Shown in pieces: positions 12,136 to 27,310 of a stretch of 64,000 bases of DNA. Under the pieces are notes generated by a model. The model was not told the DNA's origin and ran no database searches. It worked only from the letters and a program-made list of their open reading frames with translations. Made by a program: the position numbers and the translations under genes. Source of the stretch: the human T2T-CHM13v2.0 reference genome, Homo sapiens. The stretch is taken from the NCBI GenBank assembly GCA_009914755.4, contig CP068257.2, forward strand, positions 36,704,001 through 36,768,000, in the 5' to 3' direction. How positions within the stretch are numbered: the first letter of the stretch is position 1; every line of letters begins with the position of its first letter.

Positions 12136-14744
12136 CAAACCTCTCTTAGCATCTTCTATAAGCCTCTAGTTTACAATATGCCAAATGCCACTATGGCCCC
12201 TTGTTTGAAACATGTTTGTCTCCCCAGTCACTGAGCTTTCTGAAGGCAGCAACAGCCTTTCATCCCAGATCCTCTTTCTGGCTGGACCCCTCCCCTGGCT
12301 CCACCCCAACCTAACATGCCTTCCAGGCACCTGTGTCACTCTGGAGGCGGAAGAGCACAGGCAATTACCTGTGTGATGTGTTTTTCCATCTTTGTTTCAT
12401 TGCCTTCATCAACCTTCTGATTAAGGTAGCCAGAAGCTGCTGTATGATCAAGTGAAAAAATAAAATCTCAGAATTATTAATCACTTCTAATGTGCTGGGC
12501 ACCCTGATAAGAAATTTATGTATGCCAGTTTAATTAATTCTTGCAACTATTATCGCTATTGGATTTCTATCATCTCCACTTTACAGATGCGGAAATGGAA
12601 GCTGAGGGCAGGTAATAGGAATATTGCCTGAGGTTCCACAGCCAGGAAGAGAAGCAGTGGAGCCAGGAGCCCAGCCTCTGTTAACTTCTAGCAAAATGGC
12701 TCAAGGAAATATCAGCACAAACCTGGTTCTTGGCTGGCTTCTCCTTTTCACTGGTGGACAAACTGGTGGAAAAGTGGAGGGTCCTGTTTAAAAGAGAGTA
12801 GTTTAGTTAAATCACTGAGTTTTATTTCCTCCCACCAAACTATGAGTTGTTATGGTAAGATCCCTGAGTCAATGCCAATCTTCTACAGTCCTGGGAGCTT
12901 AAATACACTTGGCAAGCAACACCAAGTTATACAGTTTCCAATACTTAGAGGTATCTGTGAATGCAGATCTTAATGCAGTATATTCTTCTGGGGCTGCATT
13001 TTCTGTCTGAAACAGAGAATGTATCTTAGATGATGTGCTTAGCATAGAACATGCTTCATCTCAGGACTCAGTTAGGATAACAACAAGGCAGGCACATTGG
13101 CCAGTGTCAAGTGTGAAGGTCCAATTTAGGCCCTTACTGTGTTGAAGGCCGCTGGGCAGATGCCAGGACAGACACAGAGGCCAGGCTCCAGCACAGCGTC
13201 AGGGGAAGTCCATGCCAGGGTGTACTTGATCTGATCTCCCACATAACATAAATGATCCTAGAGACGAAGGTCCTGCCAAGAGATCTCCAGGTGACTCCAG
13301 GAGTCCTTGAGGCTGTGAATCTTTGCACCATACTTTAAATTTCTACAAAGCCCCAAATGCCTGTCGCCTCCTCAGCTCCTTTTGTAAAGGAACATGGGTA
13401 AACCATGGACCATTAAGAGTAGACAAAGTTTTGCCAAGTCCTTGGTGCTATGTAGGGAAGAGCTTCTCAGAATGTTCTACTGGGTCCCTCTAGCTGTGGA
13501 GTAGGGCAAATGAGCACCGGGGGTCTGGAGGGATAACCCGAAGCAGCCCCATAACTTGCATGGAATGTTTTTGAAGTCTTGTATTTATCTTAATAATTCA
13601 TGAGAATTTTACATTTCTTTCCATGCTATACCCATGTCTATTTTATATTAAATGTAGCATTAATAATTGCCCGAAACCTGAAAAAAATGGTGCCCCAGAA
13701 AGCTGTACCCACAGTTCTCCTGTAGCTGCCCTGGGGGAACATAGGCCCCAGTTCAAAAGCACCGATGTATGGCATTAATCTCACTGATTATTCTAGAACC
13801 TTCTCTGGCCCACACTTAGAAAAACCACAGGCAGCCAGGGGCTTGAACCTAAGCAACATGCACACAAGTTCAGACCCAACAAAGGGAAGAATTTCCAGGA
13901 GAGATTTGTGCATAGGCTCAAGAAGCCTTTTAGAAAATGAACAAACAAAATATCTCATCATAAGTCAGGGACACCTAATATTTTGGATTCTCTGAACACT
14001 GATGTAGTCTACAGAGATCCTCCTCAGAAAAAAAAAAAAAACCCACAAAACATTTCTTAGGTCTGTGTGTCCTTTAGAGATTTCTAGCGACCTGAGACCA
14101 TCTGTGGGTCCCTAAGAATATAAAGATTCCCACTGAGATCCTTTGTGCAAAGGTCCCTTGTAGAGGGCATATGTTTTCTTTAAATGTTTTGAGCCAACGT
14201 CTAAACATTGAGAAAGTTCACACTGTTGTCTGGATCCTGGAGACTTGACAGCTTTGGACCTACATGATCTCATGGCTCCATGGAGGGGAGGAGCTGCCGC
14301 TGCCCCTGCAGCTGGGATTCCCTGTCCCCTCTGCCACACCACCCCCATTCCTCCTTCACAGAACCCGCCGGCCCCTGTGGCCGCTGAACTGGTGACTTGT
14401 CATGCCATTAGGTCATCGTCGGGGACATCAGGCCCTGACAGTGGCCAAGAGCCATCTGGAGTCCATGCTAGTCATCACGTGCCCCAGCTGACCTTCCACC
14501 CAGACCTGCTGCAGGGCTGTGGCTGGAGAAAAGCTGGGTCAAAGAAGCGGAAGAATCTACAGATACATCCAGTACTAGGAGCATTGGTTGCAGTGGAGGA
14601 GTTCAATTCCCCATACGGGGAATATTCTCCCCACTCCACTTGGAATGGAGCCATGAGGGTGAGTGGAGAGTCAGAGTCTGCCGCAGCCTTGGGGCAGAAA
14701 CAGCTTCCCAGACAACATCGGCACCTTCCCTTGGGACGGTGGTG

Positions 14745-15175
14745 GCTGCAGCAACAAATTAACACAAATAGGGTGACTTAAAACAACAGAAATGTATTGT
14801 CTCACAGTTCTAGAGGCCAGCAATCTGAAGTCACAGGGTCCACAGGGCCATGGCACCCTCTGGAGACTCAAGAGGAGAATCTGCCATTTGCCGCCTCCAG
14901 CTTCTGGTCTCTCCAGGCATCCACTGGCTTGTGGCTGTGTCACTCCAATCTCTTCTTTCTGTCTGTGTTTTCTCTTTTGTCTCTTCTGAAGACTCCTGTC
15001 ATTGGATTTGGGGCCCACCTAATCAATCCAGGATGATCTCATCTGCAGATCCTTCCCTTAATTATATCTGAAAAGATGTTTTTTTTCCAGATGAAGTCAC
15101 ATTCACAGGTACTCGGGATTAGGACTCGGACGTATCTTTTGGGGGTCACCATTCAACCCACTACCCAGCTTCTTA
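14745..15175 (-). mobile_element. MaLR LTR, MLT1-type, complement orientation
   Basis: gggtgacttaaaacaacagaaatgtattgtctcacagttctagaggccagcaatctgaagtcacagggtc...ttctggtctctccaggcatccactggcttgtggctgtgtcactccaatctcttc...ggatttggggcccacctaatcaatccaggatgatctcatc...acattcacaggtactcgggattaggactcggacgtatcttttgggggtcaccattcaacccact. Confidence 0.75.
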
Positions 15176-15936
15176 GCCACTGGCATACGTCATAGGCAAC
15201 AGCAGCCCCTAATAACAAGTATCAGTCATGGTGGTGGCTTTGCCGGTGTTCATGGTAAAAAGTGCCCTCCATGAGCCAGACCTGAGTGGGGAGGAGAATA
15301 CAGAACCACATCGCAACTTGACTTGGATGCCCTTGGTAATGAGCATGAGAGCCCAACCGGAGGACACCAAGAGGTCTCTGGGAGAGATGGAGGCACATGA
15401 AAGAGGTCCTGGAAGAGTCAGTAGGGGCTGAGCCTGATTTTTTTTTAACATGCTGTGACCTATTTGCACCCCAAGGCTGCTGAGGCCTGGGGAAGTGCTT
15501 AATTTGCACAGCTGCATCCTCATGAGAGCCCTGGTCTCATCTGAGTCCACCTGCCCATGCCCCAAATCCAAACCAGTGTGTTCCACTCTCATGCTCTGCC
15601 AACCAGTATGAGGTGAGCCATCCAACACTCACTGAGCATTTCCCGTGTGAAGTTCCCATGCTGGGGTACCCCTCTCCCTAGAGCTCTAGATGGAGAGACA
15701 GAGAGGCATTCTCCAATCACCTGGGAAAAGTCAGTTAGGTGTGGATGCCAGAGGTTTTCATCGTCCTATTCCTGTCCCTTATTTAAAAAGTGAGTGGGCT
15801 CTGTGTTCACTGTCCCCTGGTGGGATGCAGTAGAAATAAAGGCAGAAATTGCCCAGCTTTGGTCTTCTGGAAGTCTAAGCCCCTGGGGGATTTCAGAGAA
15901 TCTACTGAGCTGGCAAAATAAAAGGGCTTAGGGGTA

Positions 15937-16307
15937 TGTATTAGCCCATTATTGCTATAAAGAACTACCTGAAACTGGGTAATTGATTAAGAAAAGAGGT
16001 TTAATTGATTCAGTTCTGCAGGCTTAACAGGAAGCATGACTGGGAGGCCTCAAGAAACTTACAATCATGGCGGAAGGTGAAGGGGAAGCACGTTTTACCA
16101 TAGTGGAGCAGGAGAGAGAGAGAGACAAGGGGAAAGTGCCACACACTTTTAAATGATCAGATCTCATGAGAACTCACTATCACGAGAACAACAAAAGGGG
16201 AAGTCCACCCCCCGTGAGCCAATCACCTCCCACCAGGTCCCTCTCTCAACACTGGAGATTACAACTCAACATGAGATTTGGATGGGGACACAGAACCAAA
16301 TCAGATC
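15937..16307 (-). mobile_element. MaLR LTR, THE1/MST-type, complement orientation
   Basis: tgtattagcccattattgctataaagaactacctgaaactgggtaattgattaagaaaagaggtttaattgattcagttctgcaggc...acttacaatcatggcggaaggtgaaggggaagc...cttttaaatgatcagatctcatgagaactcactatcacgagaacaacaaaagggg...atttggatggggacacagaaccaaatcagatca. Confidence 0.8.
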
Positions 16308-16679
16308 AGAGTAGAAACAAAAAATACTGGACCAATAAACAGAAGGAACATTTCCCCAGATCAGGCAATTTTCCCCAGGTCAGGGAGATATTCTCCTGGG
16401 GTGTGGGGAGGAGACTGGGATAGCTCAGCAAGGTCCCAGGAAGGCGGCAGCTGCCTGGTCCTCTTAGGTACTTGAGAAAGGTATCTTCACCCCAAATGGG
16501 GCTTTGAACCTCAGGCCTAATTGCCCCAAGGGCCAGTCAATGGACTGTAATGTATATAGACTGATGATGAGGCCCAATGAGGACCAGAGGATCCACTCCT
16601 GCCCCCACCCCACTCAGCAGTTCCACAACCTACATATGTCCCTGAGACCATGATCTGGTCACAGAGTAAGGAAAGTGCC

Positions 16680-17050
16680 TTGGTTTGCTAGGGCTGCCCC
16701 AACAATTCCACAGACTGGGTGGCTTCAACAACAGACTTTTTTTTTTGTAGCACTTCTAGAGGTCAGAAGTCCAAGATCAAGGTGTCACTTGGCTATTTCT
16801 GAGGCCTCTCTCCTTGGCTTGTGGATGACTGTCTTCTGCCTGTGTCTTCACATGGGCTTCTCTCTGTGCCTGTCTGTGTCCTAATATCCTCATTACAACA
16901 CTGATCATATGGATTTAGGGCCCACTCTAATGATCTCATAGTAACTTAATTGCCTCTTTAGTGGTCCTGTCTCCAAATACCATCACATTCGGAGGTACTG
17001 GAAGTTAGAACTTCAACAGAAGAATTTTAGGAGTCCGAATTCAGCCCTTT
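16680..17050 (-). mobile_element. MaLR LTR, MLT1-type, complement orientation
   Basis: ttggtttgctagggctgccccaacaattccacagactgggtggcttcaacaacagac...tctagaggtcagaagtccaagatcaaggtgtcac...cttggcttgtggatgactgtcttctgcctgtgtcttcacatgggcttctctctgtgcctgtctgtgtcctaatatcctcattacaacactgatcatatggatttagggcccactctaatgatctca...ccaaataccatcacattcggaggtactggaagttagaacttcaac. Confidence 0.8.
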
Positions 17051-19214
17051 ACAAAGAGGAACTTTCAGGAAATGATCCAGCTTGGTGAAGAAATGGTTCT
17101 CTTGAAATAAAATTTAAGTAAATAAAAAACACAGATTTCTCTTTTGTACACACCTCGGGATGTGGACTGATTCATGCCTACTGGCCCCCACAGGTGCCTT
17201 TTCCCCAGGCAGGAAGGTACAGATCCTGGGAGGGGCATGATTGTGTTTTTGTTTTTTATTTTTTAAAGGAAATCTCCAGGTGATTTTCAGTCCCTCCCAC
17301 AGAGGCCCACTGCTGTGCCAAGTGGGCACAGGGCAAATCCCAAAGCTCTTGCTCAGTTATAAGACAAATAGTCAGTAGGTGCCTTCTATAGGCGAAGCGT
17401 TGTGCAAGGCACCTGGAGGAAAACTAAAGTATGTGGCCTGCCCTTACCTGTTATATACAGCAAGGCGCTCGGTCAAAGCAAAGAAAGCCCAAAGGCATTC
17501 CCAAGCTTGGTGCTCCAGACCTCCCTGTGCACTCACATGCCTGCGCTCTTTACTCTCATCCAGGTTCTTTCTCCCTCCCTAGATCTGCTAAGAAGTGTAT
17601 ATGGATGGGTCACCTTTTCCAAAGAAGGGTGGGAACGTCCTCCCATCAAGGGAAACAAGTGTCCTGTGGTGGCAAGGAATAAGGAGAGTGAGGAATATGA
17701 CTTTGTGGCAAATGCTTTAACTTGGACGTAAGAGCTAAGTCTGGCATTGCTGCAATTGAATGGATACTATTGTCCCAACTTTGCAGAAGACTCTGCGTAT
17801 CTTACTTTGGGATCCCCTGAAAGTGGACCTTTGGACAAAGATTTTCTATGCAAGCAGTTTCTTGGGCAGGGATCCAGGAAGCACAGTGAGGGAGAGGGGA
17901 ACAAGTGCTGGGAAGGGGAGGGGATCAGTAGAGGACACGCTAGTGAGTGGGCTACTGCTGCAGGCGCATGGGGCTCAGTCCCAGTGGGGACTCTGAAGCC
18001 TAGGGCCATGAGCTCAAGTAAGCATGCATTGGAATAAGGAGAATGCCCAGACCTTGTAGGATTGTTGGTCATAGAGTCTGAATTGACATTGATAGCTGGG
18101 GACATACGGGAGCCAGGTAATACATGGAGTCCTGGCCCAGGTCTAGCTTACAGTGGATTTGTTTGACTCATAGACCACTGAGTGGTTGTTTTCCTAATCA
18201 CTCAATAGAGAGTTGGAATGAAAATGCTTGGTGGTTGTCAAAAGTCTCACATTGGAACCTTGACCTGTAGCATAAGAGTTTTAATACCGGGGAAAGCCAA
18301 ATAGAAACCCAACCCCTGTCCTTGGTCAAAATAATTTTTAAAAAAACAAAATGCATCCCCAGGAGAACAATGGAGCTTAGTGGTACCAGCAAAAATTTGA
18401 AGAAGGCAAGGGTGGTATCATTGCCATATCCCAATTTAATCTGTTAGGGAAGCAGGAGCCCAGGCGAGCCAAAGTGACACCATTTTTAAATCAATTCCAT
18501 CTTAAAACTGGCAAGGCATATTTCTTGCCAGTCACGACCCATGGTCCTGAGATGTTTACAGCTAAGGAAGCAGCTTAGTGATGCTACAAGGACACACTCC
18601 TACAACAACAAAAAGTCCAGATGTCCCAATACTCATATATGTTTCCAAGATAATTATAGTTACGCTTTGATGTACTTACACACTAAAATGTCAAGGATAG
18701 TTTTATTTAAATCAATAGAATAATTTTGTCATGCTGTCAGCCCACCCGTATGTGGGCACAACTTGGTTTAGTCTCTACATAGACAAGACCCCTATATAAA
18801 AAATTAAACTTAAAATAAAGATGATACATTCCTCTGCTTGCTTCCTGAGGAATGTAATGGAGTAGTTTCTAATAAACTTGCTTCTTTCACTGTGCTCTGT
18901 GACTTGCCTTGAATTCTTTCCTGCATGAGATACAAGAATCCTCTTTTGAGATCTGGATTGGGACCCTATTTTCCAGCAACAAATCCATCAGTCTGGCCAC
19001 TACAGAAATCAGAGGGTCATGGAGATGACAACGGGCTATCACAAACTCAAGCAAGTAGTAGCATCCATTGTAGCAAGTGTGCCATACGTGGCAAAGAGAG
19101 ATTAACACAGCCTTTAGAACATGGTGTGCACAGGGGTGCTGCCCTTGACCTGGAAATGTGTACTTTGCCCTATGTATCAGCAAAAAAGACCAGAAGTAGT
19201 TCCCCTTCATGTAG

Positions 19215-19490
19215 GACTGATATAGATTTCTCCTGAGGCCTCTTTCCTTGACTTGCAGACAGCCACCTTTTCACTGTTTCCTTACCTGGTCTTTCCTTCG
19301 TGTGCACACATCCTTGGTGCCTCTCCCCCTCCTTATAAGGACATCAGTCATACTGGATTAGTGTGCTACTCTTATAACCTCATTTAATCTTAATTACCTC
19401 TTTAAAGGCCCTATCTTCAAATACGGTCATATTGGAGGTTAAGGCTTCAACCCATGCATTTGAAAGCGGAGGGACAAAATTTAGTCTGTA
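19215..19490 (-). mobile_element. MaLR LTR, MLT1-type, 3' half, complement orientation
   Basis: tgaggcctctttccttgacttgcagacagccaccttttcactgtttcc...ccttataaggacatcagtcatactggattagtgtgctactcttataacctcatttaatcttaattacctctttaaaggccctatcttcaaatacggtcatattggaggttaaggcttcaacccatgcatttgaaagcggagggacaaaatttagtc. Confidence 0.75.
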
Positions 19491-22400
19491 AGAGGCACCA
19501 TGGCACAGATAGACAGAATGACTCAGCCAGCTATGATCAGCCATCTCAGTTCTGGCACAAGGAGCTCACAGAGTAGCTAAGGTGACAGAGAAGGAGATTC
19601 AGGTTGTGCCTGGACCTAACAGCAAGGGCTCCCTCTCATCAAGGCTGATCTAGCTTTGGCTGCTGCTGCATGTCCAACCCATCAGCAGCAGAGGCCAACA
19701 ATGACACAGAGACCTGTCTAGCCCAAGTGCGTGCCCCCTCCCAGGGGACGAGTGTCGCCAATGACTGGCTTCTGCATGGGTATGTAGGTCCAGCCCCTTT
19801 TCTTCAATTTGGGAAAACTCTGATGGATCATTCCGGTTATGGAGCTCCTGTGGAAGCAACTGAGGTCTCAGTCATAGCACCATCACAGGTCAGCTTCTCT
19901 CTCTGCCCAGTTCTGCCATCCTCACTCCCTTACATGTGTATCTCCCAAGAACACTCCCCAATAAACGTCAGCACTCAGCTCTCAGAGTCTGCTTTCAAAG
20001 GACCTATGATAAGACAGTAACCTTTCTAAAACTGATCTGAGAATGAGCCTGCATTCAGAATATACTTTCCCCACTGTAGAACACTGGTGCCCCTCATCTA
20101 CTTTAAATATTTCTGTGGCTTATTACCCTAGTTGAAATACACACCTGGCATTCTACAAAAGGAATCGAAGTATTGTCTCAAAAGACTATCTTCATAATTA
20201 ATCAAGGCCCACTGAGCCATAGGGCCTCCAGCCTTTCCCTAACTGAGGGATACTTCTGCTAATGGTGAAGCTTGGTGTTAAAAATAATGTTTAGACCTGT
20301 TTTGTGATATTCTGAATGTAGAACAGCCAAAGCCATTTAGATTAGTGTCATTTGTTCTCATAAATGTGAATAAAATGCTTTGTGGGACTATCAAATTCTT
20401 TAAAACACGTTACATAAAATGTGCAGATAATCTTAAGAGATTCCTTTTAGAGTTGGTGTGTTTCATTCAATAAACTTGTTTTATCAAATCACATAACATT
20501 TATTTAATTGTCACCAATCATTCTTTTATTTCATCATATAGAGTATTGCATATTTGTCTTATTTTTTTTTTTTTACCAAGAAATGAACTTTCTAAAACTT
20601 ATGAAAACATTTGGACGGTAGCTTACAAAAATACACAGTGATAGATAGATTTTTCCTTATTCTCTTAAGGTGTATGTGGAAAATAAAGTACAAAGATCAA
20701 TGGAGAAACTAATATCTTCCTGCCTGCCCATGTTTTCAAGCAATTAATAAATAAGAGAAAAGAAGAAGCAAAGAGACAACAAAAATATATAATGACATCC
20801 CTTCACATGGGGTGGGGGAGAAGCACCACCTCCTCTCCAACAGGATACCCACACCTTCCAGATTATCTGGGTAGACCTCAAATTCCAATACTCTGATCTG
20901 CCATCCTCAGAAGATCACGTAGGACTGTCAGATACCTTGTTCTCTTTGGGGAAAGGGTATAGAACACAGAGTCCCAGTAATCACACACCTTCTTACCCAG
21001 CCTACAATGGCTTCAGAGCACAGAGGCTGCAGTGCCCTTGGCTTCCTGACCAGGCGCTCCTGGTTGGCCTTCCCCCAGCACTTCCCAGCAGACCTGGTTC
21101 CTGGTAGTGACGCCTTTGCTTTTCTTCCAGGTCTATTTTTGTCCAGAGTCGCCAATTCCCCACCACAAGTCTCCGTTCTTTTCCCCCAAGGACCTTCATT
21201 GGTTTCCCTAAAGGGGTTTTCCCTTGCCCAATCCTGGTGCCTTTGAGTCACAGCCGGCATCCTTGCCAGGGGGCCACCAGCCCATTCTGCTAGCTGACCA
21301 ACAATCCTGTTTTTGGGTCTAAGGAAAAGTGTCTCATGTGATCATCAGAGCTTGAGCCAGAGGACATATATGGGCAGGGCTTAGACCAAGGGCCAAAGGC
21401 AACAGGCCCCAAGTGAGGGCAGAGATGTGAAGTCATAGATAGTCACTGCTGCTCCAGGCACCCACCTGGGAGAGCCTGCATTGCCCCATGAGTGACCAAG
21501 TGGTCCCATTCCTCTGGATATAGCAAAATTAAGAACCTTAGCCATGAAGAGGTCAGGAGGCTTAAAGGGACATTTCTGAAGTTGGGGCCTTTGCACTTGA
21601 AGTTATCCAAGTAGTTGAGCATTAGACGTCTTCCTCTTAAACCTTGTACGCTCTCCACCAAAAGGTTTGAAGCCTGGTAAAACTCTTGAAAAAATGCACA
21701 CCATTGTGGTAGCCATGTCTTCAATTAGCCCCTATCCATAGAGCAACATTTTAGCTCAGTGACTGCAAAGACACCCTCTCTTCTTATTTTATCCCTAATG
21801 CTTAGGTTGCTGCTGGCTAATACTTAGTATTAAATAATTTATTTAATACTAAGAAGAATTAAATAAATATTGATGGCATGAATGATCATTCTGACTTGAA
21901 AGGGCATTTATTGAACTTTTTAGTCCACCAAACACCATAAGCCCTTGATTTTTATTTCTTCTGCTCTAATTTCTCAGAGCTTGTAGATATTTCCTAGCAG
22001 GTCATCGTTGCCACCTGGGCAAGACAGGAAGGCTACCCTCATCCCACTCACTTGTTCTCCTTTTGATCATATACTCTCATGTTCGCCAATGCATCAAATT
22101 GGTGACCTTCTTCTAATCACAGACAAGTACAATAAGATTGGAAGGTGTCATGTTTTGGCAGGTGAACCTGTTTCTATAAGGATCCTGAAAAGACCAAGGT
22201 ATATTTATTACCCTCAGTTTCTTTCCTTGACTTGCTCTTTGCACTCTGATGGGCCAGCCTTGGAATATCTCCAAGAGCAGCTGTTGGCAGGTCTTTCACC
22301 CCAGGAAAAAATTATCAGCTCTGTATTACTCAAGTTGTCTCTAAAGATGTTGGTCATTAGCCACTTCACTCTCTCTCGCCTGCTTGTGAAATATGGGTTG

Positions 22401-25400
22401 GATTCCTTCTGACATGTTACATCCCCAGTTGATCTCCTAAAGCAAATAGGAATTTATGGAGACATTCAACCCAGGAGTTTATGACCTGGCTGGGAGGGAA
22501 AATCTCCTGCACAAACATCTTCTCTAATTTTTTTGTATCTTTCCCATCTCAACATTCCCACTTCCCAAAGACTCTAATGAAACAGAAGCACAGTTTTTGA
22601 TTGAGCACCCAGTCTGTCTACTATAATACTCTCTGGATCCCTTGTTACCAATATATTTATAATCCTATTTCTAACTAAGGAGTTTAGTTATAAGCTAAAC
22701 TCCAGCATTTCCTCAGGAGGTGCTGGCCTCATAAATGTCCTGCAAGCAAGGAAAGTAGATCTTCCAGGAATGGCAGGAATCACGAGAAGACTGAAGGGTC
22801 AGCTCTTTAATTGGACCACCTCAATCGTTTGGGCTGTTAAACAATATTTTTGCTCAGTCTTTCCCACATTATAGTAATTAAATAGTTCCTTCCACATCCT
22901 CAACAAAGTCAAACACAGCAGCTTCACTGGGTGAAAAAGACCACTCTTGATTTGGGTGAAAAATGTTCTTTCCCACCCGTGAGGAAGGCCAAGCAGCGAA
23001 TCCTCCCACTGCTGAGATTAGAGCAGTTATTTCTGCTAACACTGCCATCCCTTCTCTCTCCAGAACACTTTCTCTGTTATCAAGTTGAGCAAAGCAAGGA
23101 AAAAGTAAGCTGGTCAAATGTTTACTTGGTTGGTGAGCGTTGATAAAATGTTGGCCTCTGTGTGGTTCTGGATGAGACATGCACCCCCTGACCCAGCCAG
23201 CCCTGGGCTACAATGAGAACGAAGGAGCAGGTGATAGCTCTTAAACAACCAGCCAGTCCCAGGTTTTCAGCCCAGTGTTTGTTCACTTATCCCAGACGCT
23301 TGACTCACGAGGGACCGTGTTTATACTGGCTCTGTCCCAGGGTCACTTTGGTTGAGTGGTATCCATTGGTGTGGCTCCTACAGCAAAAGACCAAGTCCTG
23401 ATGCCAAGAGAGATTAGGAGTTTGCAACGGGAAAGAAGAGGAATAAACAAAAAAGAGTGGCTCCAAGTCAAGTAAGTTGCTGAGCTGACTTGAGCTTGTT
23501 TCTACTTGTGGGAAACTAAAATCAATCTCTGGTCTGGTTGAAATAATCTTCAGACTGTCTGAACACCATAGTTGGTGGCACAGATTTACAGACATCTCAG
23601 CAGATTGGAGTGCAGAAGAGCAGAGAGTAAGTGGGTTATGAGCCAGCTTAAAGCTTCACTCAATGGAAACTGGAGCCCCGTCTTTCCAGAGAGGCAAAAA
23701 ATGAATAATAATAATTGTGATGACGATGATGATGATGAGACATTAAATAAACCTCCTTGGAGCTTTTTGCTGACTTCTTCTGCTGGTGCCTGCACTTTCT
23801 GCCTCCCTAGAGGTTCCAACAAACCTTCTGACTCTAAAAGGAAACCCTTCTGAGACCAAAAGGATAGCCAATTATCTCAAGTTTTACAGCATAAATAATC
23901 TAATTGGATACTAAGAGGAGTCCAGATATTTGCACAAAAATTAAACCGTCACACAGAAGGGTGTTATACCCCTGCCTGGCCTCCTTCTTCCTAAAAGCCT
24001 GGAGAGTGAACAGACTTGAGTGTTGAACGACCCCCATTTCCTCCTGCTCTACCATGAGTGGGCACCATGGCCTCAGGCATGGGACCAACCTCTCCATATC
24101 CTCTCAGTTTGAGGAGGGAGGTGCTATCCACTGTGCCTCCCTTGATAGGAGAAATCAAGCATGCATTGAAGCCCTTGACAAAGAAAAAATTGCTGAACAG
24201 AAGCAAGGTCTGCAGGACATGGGTCCTATTGCTGCTGGGCATTTTGCAAGGATAAATATTACATAGTCACTCAGTTTGGTAGGAAGTTTGCTCACAAGAA
24301 TTGGAACTGGAGGGGCTGGAAAATAAAAACTCCAATGGAAAAGGCTAAATTCCTTTTATCTTCATTCTTTATTGTTAACTACTTAAGCCACATAATCCCC
24401 TCAGTGTCAGGTATCCCAGGCCAAGAATCCTATATACCCAGGCACATCGCCACCCCTGCACCACCAGGCCACATAATACTAGAAATTCATTCAGAAAAAC
24501 TCTTTCCAGATTGATTAATTGGTGATTGAATAAGTGAGGGAAGGAATAGGGGAAAGGGCAGAATCAGAAAATGAGAAGCGAACGCAGGAAGACAAAATTA
24601 GCGTGGCAGGTACAATGGCACCTGCCCAGATCCCCTCTCTATGGACAGATGGCCGCAGCTGCCAGGAGGGCCATTATACCCTTCAGAAGTGGCTGCAGTT
24701 GCAGAGAGATGCCTGACTAGGGCATCCCACAACTGACAGATCCAGGCAGGTGTATAAAGGTACCACTGGGTCATTTTAACCCAATGCTGAACAATGCTGC
24801 TAAGCCATTTTAGCTCCTGAGCTTCCCTGGCATCCGCTGAGGCTGTCTCCTCTGCATCACTGCTCAGCTCCCACCTCTGTCCACTCAAACTTTTCTTGTC
24901 CTCACTTCCACTGGTGTCGATCTCAAGGGCACCAAATATCCTATCCCTTAAAATCCATTAACAAATATCCTATCCCTTAAAATGCATCTCAGAATCTGCC
25001 TCCAGAGAACACGACTGTGACCACTAGGAAATGTAGCCAATGGAAATTCTCAAAGACTAAGAGGAGAATGAAGAAGGCAGGGGACACACTCATCTTCTTT
25101 GTGCTGTCATTGCCATTCCTTGTCTGGGTGTCTGCTTCAGCAAGGCACTGGAGCACAGTGACAAAGAAACATGTGTTAGGTTCCTGGGACCTCTTTCTCA
25201 CCTTAGTTTTGTCACTCACGAGCTGTGTGGTCATGGATAAGTCAATGTCTCAGGGCCTCTTTTTGCAAGTTAAGAAACAAGGACAATAATGATCCTACCT
25301 GACATTTGAGTCATCATGAGGATCTCCTACGACCGTGGATGCCAGTGTGCACGGGAGATGGTAACACCCCATCTGCTAGTGACATTTCCCCCTTCTCCAG

Positions 25401-26072
25401 CCAAAGCTTGGAAAGACAGCAGGACCTTGAAAATGGCAGCCAGAAAGGCAGCCATTTCCACCCTGAGCTTCAATCCCCAGGCTGAGGAAGTCCTTGCAGG
25501 GAGGAGTTAGCTGCTAGAAGTCATGGGAGAGGGGAGGGTACTATCTCATTAAACTCTCACCCATAGATCATATTGAACACCTGCTACCTATGTGTTAAAC
25601 TCCAGGCCAGTCCACACACATAGGGAGATGGAAATTAACTAAACCTGCAAACAAATAAAAACCTCCCACAGGGAATAAGCCAAGTAACAGGAGTTACAGA
25701 AGGCCTCCCTGAGGAAGTCACACTTGAAATGAGAACTGAGTGACGAGAAGGAGGTATGTCGACAAAGGAGGAAGGGAAGGTGATTGCAATCTGAGATGAA
25801 TATGAGTCCCAAGAAGTCCTCATGGTCAGGGGAGCAGAGAGCAGAAGGCCTGGAACACGAGGGTGAAGCTGGGAGAAGTTGGGAGGCAAGAGCTGAAAAC
25901 GGGCTGGGGAGAGGATGAGGGCCAAGTTGAGCAAGTCCTGGCAGGTCAAAGACTATTAGCTTTATCCTGAATACAACGGGGAGTTGTGGAAGGGCCTTAA
26001 GCAGCAGGCAGATGGTTATACCAGCTGCAGAGGGAAGGATGGATGGCAGGGAGGTCAGAGTGGGTAGCATTA

Positions 26073-26476
<404 letters not shown>

Positions 26477-27149
26477 TTAAAGATGAAGACATGAAAATAC
26501 ACAGAGAACAAACAAACATGATGCCAACCAAGCTGTTTGGCTGCAAAGCCATACAGGTAACTACACAATACTACATGGTGGGTAGACCAGATGGACAGCT
26601 ATTTTAGTAATCCAAATTTGAGTGACAGCAGTGGAATTGGAAAGAAGTGGATGGATTTTCAAGCGTGTAGGAGATCAAAAGAAAAGTCAGAACTCAGTTA
26701 CACTTTGGCCACAGGGATGTGGGGAGATGGTTTTTGGGAGAGTGATGGGGTGGCAGTGAGAGACACTGAGATATAGGGGTCCAGAAGAAAACCAGGGTTG
26801 CAGTATCAGGACGGACAGGAGGTCGGGGACAGCATGAGTCCACTGGGACTTGCAGAGATTTGAGATGTCCCGGTGACATATTTCGTAGTGTTGTATTCTT
26901 TTAAGGATACCTGGTTTTATCCTCCTACAATATTCTGGCTCTTTCTGTTTGACTACGATCCATCTGGAATAGTCACCTGTTTAATATAATCTGGCTCCTG
27001 TGCACACAGGAAAGGAGCCACTGTCTCCCTTAAAGTCCCCTTCCAGAAGCAAGAGTGTCCTCACCCCTCCTCAGCCCAGCACATCCTCATGCGAAATCAT
27101 CACGGGAAGCAGGACAGTCCCTGCTATGCAAGGAGAGGGCAGTTGAGCA

Positions 27150-27310
27150 TGAGGGCTGGTTAAGAGAAGAGATTTCTGAGCCCGACTCCAAGCCCTACGA
27201 TTTATGAGTTGTGAGATTATGTCTTTGCCCAATTTATTAATCTGTCTAAACCTCAGTTTTTCTATCTGTAAAATATGGTTCTTGAGAGGCTGCAATGAGA
27301 TGATATACCT
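27150..27310 (+). mobile_element. MIR SINE fragment
   Basis: gagttgtgagattatgtctttgcccaatttattaatctgtctaaacctcagtttttctatctgtaaaatatggttcttgagaggctgcaatgagatgat. Confidence 0.65.

Noticed and set aside
14245-14781. 178-aa plus-strand ORF with overlapping 96- and 115-aa minus-strand ORFs
   Set aside because: This is a GC-rich, moderately CpG-containing segment adjoining an MLT1 LTR. The translation is Pro/Ala/Gly-rich with no recognisable domain, and overlapping ORFs on both strands are typical of GC-rich non-coding DNA.
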